This document shows, piece by piece, positions 21,101 to 33,100 of a stretch of 64,000 bases of DNA. This DNA comes from Podarcis erhardii (lineage: Eukaryota), in NCBI GenBank assembly GCA_964252035.1, contig OZ176206.1; one strand, given 5' to 3'. Numbering within the stretch: the stretch's first letter is position 1; every line of letters begins with the position of its first letter. Below the pieces are notes generated by a model, which did no database searches, was not told the DNA's origin, and was given only the letters and a program-made list of their open reading frames with translations. The position numbers were made by a program, and so were the translations under genes.

Positions 21101-24100
21101 GGAAACGGACACACCACAATATACACACCAGGCTAAGGCTTCTTCTGGAGCTTCCTTCAGTCCTGGCCACATGAGCTACATTCAGGGGTTTCCACTGAAA
21201 CACAGTAAGAAACCACGGTGAAGAGAACCCAGAGCACATGCATGACCGCTGCACACCCAGCCAACCTGCAGGGGGTGGGAAGGGGGCGGCCCGTGGCAAC
21301 CGGCTGGGCAGAGCTGCAGAGGAAGCCAGAATCACACCGGAATCATCAAGCCAGGACCAAAAAAACAACAACCATCAAAAAGCCAAGAGCCAAAAGCCAG
21401 CCAACAAGGTGGGACCGGGAACAGAAATGGTGGAGGAAGAAGAGGAGGAGAGGGAGACGGCAACCAGAGGAGCAGGAGGAGGTGTCCATTTCCCCAAAGG
21501 TTTGTGACATGCTAAAGCCCTGCAGTACATCAGCCACTGGGTGGGGTGCGTATCCCTGGATCCTGGGTGTGTGATGGGTGGGTTGGTGGGTGGGTGGGAA
21601 GGATGTTGCCGATTTGCGCGTCACCTTCCGGCCGCCTGACCATGCCCCGGGGGCAGAGCTAGAACTGACCGAGGTCGGGGAGTTGCATTCGCTAACAGAC
21701 TGGCAGGTTTCTGAGGCCTCGGACGATGCGGAGCTGGAGGACTTCTGCCATGCCCAAAGTCCAAAGGTCAGCAGGAGCAAAACAGACATATGGGAGAGAA
21801 GGGAGAGAAGAGACCTGGTTAAGCAGCTGGTGGAGGGAAAGCAGCAGGCAGAGAGAGAGAGAGAGACAGAGAGAGACCCGAGGAGGCAGATGCAAGCGCA
21901 GGGCAGCCAGCCTTGACACTTAAGAGCCAGGTGTTAGATCACAGCAGGCAGTGCAAACACCGGAGGAGCCACACACGCTCACGGGAAGCCCATGAGAGGC
22001 CTCACATGGATTTTGCACAGGCACTTGCAGGCCCTCTGCAATAACTCTTCAGCAGGGGAAGCGATGAGGAAGGAGCCGAGGAAAGGAAGGCCTCCTCCCT
22101 CTGCAAGGGCAATAGGAAATGACCAGCTGCAGGAAGCAGAGAGGCAGGGGGGGAAAGCCTCCTCTCGCCCAGGGTGTGGAAACAAGGCACACAGGAGGCC
22201 AGAGGGACGTCCCAAACTTCCTGCACCTTCCTCACAGGTGCACTCGGCAGCTGCCCTCTTCCTGCCCGCAGGCCAGACATTCTGCTTGCACCTCCATGAG
22301 ACACTTTACAAAAACACAACATTATTCACAAATATCTTAACTTGCTTTTCTTGGAGCCACCCTCAGCTCAGAGCAGCTTGATAAACCCTCGCTCTGCAAG
22401 TCTTGGATAAAATCCCTCTGGACCATCTGTTGCAGAAGCCCCAGAGAAAGAGCTGCTGGCTCTTTACACTTAAAAGAAATGGGGACGTGAGAACCTTTGA
22501 GTGGCTGTAACCCTTCACGGCTGTGGGATTCAGAAATCCATGCTTTAGTGCCGCCTTCACGGGCCTGGAGCCCTCCAGATGTTATGGGCTCTTAATTCGC
22601 ACTGGAACGGCCACACTGGGGCAGGCATCTTAATAGGCAGCAGGCTGGCAAAAGCTACTTGAGTGGGTGAGGGGGCTTGTTACATTCCCCGCAGCACTAA
22701 GCCCCTTCCCCAGTCACAGAGAAGTAAGCCATTATGTGCACCTGGCTATTCAGCTGGAGGGATGAGAGAGATCTTTTTGCCCTTCAAGGGAGGCTCCGAG
22801 CTGCAGGTCCCCCAAATCTGAAGCCTTGACACCTATGTAGGAGTTCTTCACCACCCCTGGAGAGTTGAGGCTGTCAGTTCCTGGGGCTCTGCAACCACCA
22901 GGTGGCCAAGGAGAGAAGCAGGCTTCTTTTCCTCACAGATTTCTGGGCCTACTCCCAGGCAAAAGAGAGACGTGGCTGCCAACAACTCACCTGGAACCAG
23001 CTAAAATGGGGACTGGCACACCCATCCGCTGCACAGCCCATGTAGTGCTGGGAACCTACCCCACCTAAATAGTCAACCAGCCTGGTTTATAAAATGAAGG
23101 ACTGAGGGCAGAGGAATCTGATTAAACTGGAGGGGGTGGGGGATGGTAGCTCATTCAAGGGGTCTGTCCTGTGGCCACCAGTACCCTTGACTTCCCCTAA
23201 GAGACTGTGCCTGCACAACCGGATTGGGCCTGCCTGCAGCAGAGTAACAGCAAGAAGAGTGTTGATAGCTGCCATGTTTGCCCAGGGCTTCCCCTTTTCA
23301 TTCTGTGGCCTTTGGCGGCTGCCCCGCTAAGCTTACCTGACTGGTGAGGTCCGAGGGCATTGGCGAAGGTGGCTTGGAGAACATGGCGTCCTGGGAGATG
23401 AAGCCAGAGTCATGCGATGAGACGCTGGACAGGCGGGTGTTGGCATTGACGGGCTGTGCCAGGCTGCGGTAGCGACATATGGAAGTTGGTGAGTATGTTT
23501 GAGAACCCGTGAGCCACGGGGGGCCACCCTGAGCACTGCTAGCGCCGCTAAAGGGTGGCAGGATGAGACGGCATGGCGGGCAGGAGGGGGGCGGGACGAG
23601 ACGCGCAGGAGAGACAAAGCGCCATCAGCAAAGCGCATTGATGGGGTAGGAGTGAGAATAGCAGGGGGTGCAAAAGAAGGAAGAGAGAGTTTTGTTTTCA
23701 TTTATTAAAAAAACAAAAAAACCAATCCAACCCACACAAACTGTGAGGAATTAAGTGGCATTACAGACAGGAAAGGAGCGTATTGGGGAAAGTGACACAC
23801 TTCTCTCCCAGCTAAGAGACTGCAGTGGTGCTGAGGGCCTGACAATGATCACACACACACACAAATATACACACACAACCCCAGGGTGTTTCTGCACTAG
23901 GCCCACTGCTCTGGAAGTGCCATGTTCCCCCACTTCTTAGTCCACATGGCATGTCAGTTTCCTGAGGAGCCCGAGACACAGTCGCAGCATGAGCAGGCAA
24001 CATGTGCCTAAAGCACCTCAGGGCTCCTGTGCCTTTAAACATGTCTCCTTTGCAAGTTCAGGTGACTGACTCCATTGCTTCCTGTTGATCCAAACTAGGG

Positions 24101-27100
24101 GACTGTTGGTCAACAGAGCTTTGAATTGCTAGCTTCTCTTCCCACAGTGATGGGGAGAGGTTTGCATTAGTTATTTGAACTTGGGATTTTTTAAACAAAA
24201 TACCACAAAAAGAACTATTAAAAAAAGAAGAGTCACTCAAGAATTATAGCACCTCACTGGCTACCTCCATGGGATCATACGAGTGGCGACAGGCCCATTT
24301 AGAGAAAGGCAGGTCATGCTATGCTCCCCTTGGCAGTCATGCCCTTGAGCTTGGAGATTCCTCCAGCTGCGCCAAACACACCTACCTGCACATGCTGGAT
24401 TTGCGGGACCCAGAGCTGCTGGGAGAGGACGGCGGGGTCTGGTAAGACCAGCTATAATCAGAGCCCTTCAAATCTTTGATCACCTGCAAAATATTTGGCA
24501 TTAAAAGGTAGCTCCGTGACACTTCTCAGGGTGCAAAACGTTCTTCCAACTGTGTCTCATTTGTCCTCCCAATTAGAGCAGAGTCCAGGGGGTTACTCTA
24601 CTTTCTCAGAAAAGGAGGAAATGCCACCAGTGGCCACTCAACAATCCCACACAGGCAGGCACACATTCTGACAATGCCCCATTAAGACCACCTTTAGCTG
24701 CCTCGAGACCACTGGCCCATCTAACCCTTCAATTCCACCTTATAAGTCTGCACTTCTTTTCTTTGTTTAATTCTCAAAAGACATATGTTTGCATATAAGG
24801 CCCATAAGTCATTACTTGGTTTGGCTAAGCTCCTGTATCCATCACTGTGGGTGTGAAGGAATAATTAGTTTCCATTATATAAAGGTATTTTGAACCTAGG
24901 AAGTATTTTCCAATTCCTTCCTTTCGGATTACCTCCTCCCTGGTTTCAGTTAGAGACTCTGCCACTGCTAGAAGTTTGATGCTGGGCTATCTGGGCACCT
25001 GTCACAATTAAATTCTGAAAGCTGGAGCTTGGGCTGGACTAGTTCCATATTTCCCAAACTGCATGATGCAATAAATTAACTGAGAATTTAATCAAGGGCC
25101 TTCTAGGATTTGTTCTGATTTAGTGAAGCTGCTACTGTGTTATCATTATTGTCGCTTTTAAATTGTTAATGTTTTATCTTTTGTACTGGAAGCCAATCTG
25201 AGAATTTGACTTGAAGAATCACATACAGATTTGGTATATAAATCCAAATAACATCCACATAGCTACACATCCTTTTCTAAAACCTCCCCAGCACTCCATC
25301 CTTTTGGCTCTCCCACCTGTTCACTGGCCGATGGCAATTTGTGGGGGTCAGCTGTCAGGACCACCAGGTCGTCAATGATGCCCTGCAGGTGGGTGATCTC
25401 TCCCAGCATGGTGATCTCTCCATTCTGCAAAAGAGACAAGAGAGAATCAAGCATTTGCTGTGTTCTGGAGAAAGACAACTCAATATTCCTGGCATTGCAG
25501 GGGGCTGGACTAGATGGCCCTTGTGGTCCCTTCCGATTCTATGTTAAGTATCCTTGCATTACAAATGGACCCTTTGCAAGTGCTGGTTCTGTCTGATGAA
25601 GGTTATGTGGCTTAACTTGGGCAGGGCCCAGCCATATGGTTCCCTAGCCTTGGAGATAGAAGTATGGATTTTTGGATGAAGAGTCAAAGGCAACTTAGCA
25701 GTTCAGCCTGGGCGATACTACCACAAGCACAGCCCACCTCTGGGGCTGATGGGAGTTGTAGTCCAAAATAACTAGAAGGCACCAGGTTGCAAAAGGCTGA
25801 TCTAATATGTAGTCATCAAGAACCACATACACGGCCTTGAGCTCCTGGGAGGAAAAGATGAGATATAAATGCAATAAATAAATAAATCAACAGCATCTCT
25901 AGGGAAGGGCTTGACCAAAGTTTCATTAATTGTTGGCGCACACAGCCTCCTTAACCTTAACTTGGCAAGTCCACCTAAATCCACAATAGGACTGGCTCCC
26001 ATGCACAGGGCTGAAGCCTTGGAAAGGAATGGATAGATAAAGACAGAATGTAGATTAGCAATATAAACGGGGCAAGTCCTTTTAAAGCATTGCTTCAGGT
26101 GGGAGCAGAGGTGTGTGCAGGTGTGACAGACAGTGTTGGGTGCAATCCAACCCTGTTGACACCCCATAGCTCAGAGTAAGTGTAGGAGGAGCCAGAGTTT
26201 GTTTTTCTCTGCAAGTTGCCTAAATTTGCATCTATATGCATAAATCACCACATACAAAATTGAGGCACATTTTTCTCCAATGGGCCCGTGCACCAAATAT
26301 TTTAAGTACCTACCAATACCCAGAGATGTATAATGTCACTATGGGAGGGGTGGGGGTGGCTGCTAGAATTTTATTTGCAAATTAAAATACACTATAAATA
26401 AGGGACTTGTTTTCTCAGTTTACTCAACCCATGAAACAAATGTGGGCAGCTGAATATTGGGTAAGGTAGGGGTGGGGGGCACCTACCACCACAGGTTGCA
26501 AATAAGCAATGAAGGTGCAGAACCGCCCTCGCTCCTCAATGAGTGCCTTGCGGACAGCCTGTTTCTCCGTTTCTTCCAAAAGAAGGTACATGTCATTGAC
26601 ATCTTGGAGTGCATTGTCCAGTTGAGGCTGCAGGTCCCCTTTACCTGAAAGGAGGACAGGGAGACAGAGGCATCACCTCCTCTTCACCCACCAGCCCCCA
26701 GGTCCAGCCTCAAAGCTCTGGCCTACTTCTGGAGGTAGCCCCTGAACAGATGTGGCATCTCAAATCTGTCTATTTCCTGACTATGGTGAAACTGGGTAAC
26801 CTAAACTGGAGCACTGAGAGGTCATCTAGGTAGGGAAAATGCCAGTCTAGAAACAAGCAAACCTTCCTAGATTTTACTGCTGCAAGTGATGTCTCCTGAT
26901 ATCTTCAGTGACTGGTGGTCTCTGCTGAATTAACACTACCTGGGCATAGAGCAGACTCCAACCTGGTGTCACAGATTTCTGTGAAAAAGCCTGTCGTGTC
27001 CTCAATAAATGGCAATTCCTCATCTTCCATTGTTCAGACACGAAATTAAATTCTGTTTAAACCAGTTTGATTATAGCATAATGCACCCGTATCCAGACTT

Positions 27101-30100
27101 ACTGAATAGCTCCCAAGAAGCAAAAGCAACCATTTTGTGAGTCCTCTGACTTGTACTAGAGATGTTTAAAATACTCAAGAGTGTTGTGAAGAAACACACC
27201 CAAGTTGGTTTGCCAAACACTATGAGGGGCTCTTTTTTTTGTTCAATTTATAAGCTATTTTTGGAGCCTTTTTGCCTGAAGAGCAGGTTAAATGACTTTT
27301 TAAATAAGTAAACACTGGTCTTTGACCCTGTTGTCCAGGATTTGTCATTCTGATGAACTATGATGTTGGCTCTGTTGCTCTCAGTCCCTATTGTTATGAT
27401 AGAGGGAAGCTCAGTTTCATGCTTGCTTAATTTTTATGGATGTTCACATGTGATAAAATTGATGATTTCAGACAAGTAGCATCATGACTGCATATATTGC
27501 AAAGGTCTATAAAAGTGTGAGGGCCACTATTAATATCTGTAGCTGGCACTGGGCTCCTGGCCCACATCAGCCCTGGCGACATTTCTGTCCATGTCTGCAT
27601 CCCGAAAGGAGTGATATTGGCCAGATATGTCATATCACTGGTCACTGTGGAAAGCAACAAATTGTATTTATGTCTTTCCTAGGCTGCATGTTGTGCACTG
27701 ACTGCCTTATACTTTGTATACCGCTTTGGATTTTTTAAATATTAAGCAGTTTACAAGTAATTTAAACTCAATCTATCAATAATAACTATATTTGTAAACA
27801 GGGCTAAGCCAAAACCTTCATTGTTTTTCAGGAACATCTTCTGCATAACCGAAAATGCCCACCATGCTATTTCAATATTGCTTGCAAAAATACTCCCCCC
27901 CCCCATCTCTTTGTACTGCCCTCCCCTGCCTACTCCCTCAACTGACTTCATTTGACTTCGCAGATGTCATCATGGAACCAAGCCTTATTTCACCCCATAG
28001 TCCCCAACTGCTACCAATTCATGAAGACGTATGAGGCAATAAAGGGAGTGGAGGATGTCACAACTGTCCCCATCTCCACTCCAAGGAGCACCTCACTCCT
28101 CTCCTTAAGCACCTGTGTTGGCTCCCACCAAGGATGCAAGCTCTCCACCCTCTTCACTTCCTATGAAATATTTCTCTTTTTGTCCTCTTAGTCTGAAGCA
28201 AGTTCTCCTTTACCTCTGCCTTCTTCTCCCTACTCTGCCTTTGCACCTTTGACTATGCCATTCTACAGCATCTGGAACAGCAGCCTCCTCGCTTTCAATC
28301 TGTGAAGTCACCTTTCTACCTTCTGGCCCATCGTGACCTATGCAAAGCACAATCGCTCCACCATTCCTGCTCCTCCTGTTACCACTCCCTCCACCTCCAT
28401 GATTCACACAAGTCCTTTGCCAAGCCTCTACTCTCTAGCCTGACTCTCTAGACTGGGAGAGGAGCCATCGTACTGCTAGCAATAATTAGATGTTACATGA
28501 GATGCAGGTTGTCCTTCTCATATAGGGTTGCAGGGAGAAGAAAGCCCCATTGGCCCACGCAAGTCTGAAGGGGTCATGGTCAAAGCAGTGGGAGGCCTTC
28601 TCGTGCTATGCAGCATTTTCATTTTCTGGGTGTAGCAGCAAAATTGGGCCAAAACAACAAGAGCTTCTGGCTCTTCAACTCTCCAAAGGTGGGCAGGTGT
28701 GTCTAGATCCATCCTTTTCTGCTTCTTTGAATTCACCCCACAGGCTTTTTCCAATTGCCCAATGGCAAGAGGAGTCCCAGCAGTGGATCTGTGTATCACT
28801 AGCCAGATACAGAGCACAGTGGTCCTTTGGCACTCCTAGAGTCATGGAGAAGGCTGCCCTGCTCCCATGATGCACCTTGCCTTTCCCTCCTCCATCCCAG
28901 TTTGTGCTGGATTCATCACTCTCTCCTTCCCACACAAACCCATTCACAATTCCAATACTGTAATTCAAAAGCAGAAGTTCAAATTCATTCCAAGTTCAAA
29001 CTGTAGTGTCACAGCGGTGCTGAAATTTGTGTGACTCAGTTCCTTGGAAGGCTGCACTGTGAGCAATCTGGGGTGGAGTGAATAGGTATTGCTACTCATA
29101 CAAATACTCAAGGACACACAAAGGGAGACACAGACACAATGACTTCAAAAGCTCGTCGGAAGCACAGACACCAAGAGAGTCCTTAGGATCAAGGCTCCCC
29201 TGGAGCTGTCCATGCTCACAACCACCCACTGATCACAAGCTATGCAAAACAGAGGTGCCAGCAAGCAATTCACAATGTGTGCAGAACCAACCATGAAATG
29301 CTTGGCTTGATGGACAGCAATGAAGACCACCCTTGTGCAACCGCAGCCCTGCTGTCACTCAGATATGTTGCCTCCCACCACCACCACCAGCAGCCCACAT
29401 GCAAAGAAGGTAAAGCAAGATGACGGAGCAGCCAGGCGGGTGGAAAACCAGTGTGGGGAGGAACGGGGAAGACTGGAAGAATGGCTGATTGCTGAGGAAA
29501 AGTCAAGAAACAGCCAAGCTGTTGAGGCAGTGGGCCCCAGGATATTGGAGGGCTAAGGCTGAGATCCTGATGCTTGGGCTTGGCAGCCAAAAGACCCAGG
29601 GAAAAGGAGCTATAAAGTTGAGGGGGGACCTGCGAGACCTATATAACGCTTGCTGAATTTAATAATGCTTGGGGAAAGCCAGAACTGGCCTTTTGAAAAT
29701 GGAAGCCAAGGCACCAACCCACCCTTCTGATGAGCTGTTGCTGAAGGGTGCATTCCCTGTCCAATTCCACTTTTTAAAGTGGCTCTTCCCCCATCCCTAA
29801 TCTCAAGGTTGTCACTCTCTGGGGTGGATCTGGGCCCAAGGTGGGTGGATCTCAGCATTTGCCCCAGAGCCATTTTGGAGCGGTGCAGCAGAGCCAAAGA
29901 ATGAGGAGTGTCCAGATGGGAATAATGAGGCCCTGTGGTGATGCTGATAAGGCCTGAAATGAAAGCCAACTTAAAAAGCGCCCACTGACTATGTCTTGTT
30001 GCTTATGCCTTTGTGGTTCATGAGGGTGAGGATGCTAAGAGGGATCATAGGGACGCTCTTGTGAGTGTCTCACAGCACAAGACAAGAAGGCCTCCTCTTT

Positions 30101-33100
30101 GCTTTGGCCTAAGGGGGAAGGAATGGTTATTCCAAGCTGCACCAATCATTTTAACCAGGCCTTTGGTCCCTAACTGAAAGCACCTGGGGCCCTTAAGTGC
30201 CCAGACAAAATGGTGGCACTCTGCTGCAGGTGGAAAATGTGGTCTCCCTCTGAAGGAGACCTAGCCATCTTCCAGAACAGCCTTCCCTGAAGCCGGTGCC
30301 CTCCAGTTGTTTTGGGTTACATAAGCCATCCCATAAGCCAGTGGTATCCAAACTTTTTAAAAAGAGGGCCAGATTTGATGAAGTGAAGGGCCATGGGGGC
30401 TGACCAAAGGGCCAAGCAATGTTGTTGACCTTTTTTTAGGATTGAAGTTGTTGAGGGGTTTTTTAGGCTTTTACCCCAGGAAATAAACTGACGCAGGGGC
30501 TGGATTAAACCGACCAGCGGGCCACATTAGGTCCCCGAATTGGACTTTGGACATGCCTGCCATAAGCAATACCAAGGAGGATTTCCTCTAGAGAAGGCTG
30601 AGGCTGATGGGAGTTGTGGTCCAAAACACCAGGTTGGAGAAGATGGCCCCAGAGTGAGAGACTGAGCCAGTCTGGATCTGTGAGAATTCTAGCTGTTTTT
30701 CCATTGTGTGTTCAACTGATGAAACCAAAGTGTATGTGCTTTGAATGTGCCCTTTGATTTCCCCCTTTTCAAAGTGGCAGTAGGGCATATGAAGCAGCCT
30801 TGCACTGAGGCAGACCCCTGCCCAGAGGAGTGGCTCTGCAGGGTCTCAGGCAGGTGGAGAGGGTAGGACCCCTTCTTCCTCCTTCACATTGCTTGCTGCT
30901 ACCAAATTCTTTAAACTGGGATTAAACCCAATACATCAGGCACAGGCAAACTTGACCCTCCAGATGTTTTGAGACTGCAATTCTCATCATCCCTGACCAC
31001 TGGTCCTGTTAGCTAGGGATGGTGGGAGTTGTAGTCCCAAAACATCTGGAGGGCTGAGTTTGCCTATGCCTGCAATACATTCTGTAAAATAACCCAGTTT
31101 TTTGCAGCCCCAGGAAGGTGGGGCCTGAATGCAACTCTTCCAAATCAAACTAAGGGTTTTCATGTATGCTAGGCTTCTTTTAAGACACACAGAGCACTGT
31201 CTTTAGAAAACAGCTTCACAACAACCTTGTAAGGGAGCTTAGGCTGAAAGGTAGGGACTTTCCAAGGCCAGGAAAGGCCCAAGGTTGGAATGGTCAAACT
31301 ATAGATACAGTGGTGCCTCGCAAGACGAAATTAATTCGTTCCGCGAGTTGCTTCGTCTTGCGATTTTTTCGTCTTGCGGAGCGCGGATTGCCCGGGTATT
31401 AACGGTTTTACGAAAAAGGAAGCAAACCCGCAAGACGTTTTCGTCTTGCGAAGCAAGCCCATAGGGAAATTCGTCTTGCGAAGCACCTCGAAAAACGGAA
31501 AACCCTTTCGTCTAGCGAGCTTTTCGTCTTGCGAGGCATTCGTCTTGCGGGGCACCACTGTAAATAAACCCAGCACACACCACATATTTTGACCTAAAAG
31601 GTCTCATAAGCCTCAGCCAGCAAGGCCAAGGGTTGGGGGTAGGAGTTCTACTCCACCAACATCTGGGAGGCACCAGGTAAGTGGGGAGTGTGGGGGGGGA
31701 GAGACTACTCTAAACAGAGGCAAGGCAAGAGCCCCATGGATTTTGGCATCTCAGGTGCTTAGCTAGTTTGTGGATGGGCTAGTCTGGATGTTGGCGTAGT
31801 AGGGGAGGCACACACCCATTTCCCATGGAGTCTTGAATGCCAGCAGGCCAAAATAAGATGGCTTTGGAACAAACTCCCAAGTCTCCAATTTGGCCTGAGG
31901 TAAGCTGCTCTTCTTCAGCCTCAGTCTGGCCACCTGCAACATGGGGGGCAGTGATGCTGGCCTGCCTTACAGGGTCATTGCAAGGTTCACTGAGAATAAT
32001 GAAGCAACTTTGAACTTAGCATTTCTGTTCTTGCCATGTGATCTGTCAGCACCTTACACCTCAGGTTCCTGTGTTCATCACAGAGCAAGGACCACCTCCT
32101 CTCTGCCTCCAGCAAAGCTGGGCTGAGCCTCAGTCGGCCCCATCAGCTTAAGCTGCTCCCAACCCTCAATGCACCACTTGCGTCAGCATGGCCTCTGGAG
32201 GTTTCATTTCATTTCAAGCCCAACCGAAACAGAGTGGAGGGAGGGAGGGAGGAAAGGATTACAGGTAGTGAAGCCAAGAGCGTGGAGGAAGGGTGAGGGA
32301 TGCCTGGATGAAGCTGAGATGGCAACATTTGACTTACCAAGTAGCTCTACAGGAAGGATGTGGAAAGGAGGGAAGAGAAAAGAGAGAGGGAGGAAGAGAG
32401 AAAGAATGTGTGAAAGACAGGCTGATGTATAGAGCCATCTTCTCACCCGGAACAGGACCCCACAGAACCACCACCCAACTCAGCCACATCACCAGGTACA
32501 CAACTGCCCTCCCGCCATAAAATGACAGCAAGGGACAGCTGCATCTGGTCAGGTCTTCTCCACTGGCACAAGGAGCAAAAGTGGGAGCCACAGGACTCTG
32601 GTAACCTCCCCCAGGTGGGGGGTAATGGCAGGTCCAGGGATGGGGTGGGGATTCCCCAAGGCAGAATGCAAATGCCCCAGACCCAAGCCAAACGCCACAG
32701 GTCCCCAATCCACCTTGCATGGAGCAGCCAAACAGGAGGAGGAAGGCACAGAGACATTTGCACCCTGCACCTTGTCTTCCCAAGGAGTCACTGGTGGCCA
32801 CGTGCACACGCAACATCTGGTTTGGGCCTCAGAGGGTCTGCTGCAGGAGCCAGGAAGATCCCTCTCAATACCTAGAAGGACTGAGAATGGTATGAGACGC
32901 CACACTGAGAACACCAACACAGTTCTCTTCCCATGACAGAGTGTGTGCATAAAGGGGAGGGAGAGGCACTTTGATAGGCAATTATCCCCGAGCCCCCCCC
33001 CCTTTGCAGTCAGCACCAGCATACACACATGGTAACTTCAAGGAGCAACAACCTGGATCAACACACTGGCCTCATTTTAGGGCAATAAGAACTTAGCAAG

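Noticed and set aside
21266-21330. LPSRLPR resembling the MTSS1 optional exon (LPASRLLPR)
   Set aside because: That frame needs a phase-1 acceptor, which is incompatible with the phase-0 flanking exons; the match is too short
31340-31560. Regular short repeats superficially like a CRISPR array
   Set aside because: Vertebrate DNA, irregular spacing, bounded by TIRs and a TA duplication, and no cas genes; it is a MITE
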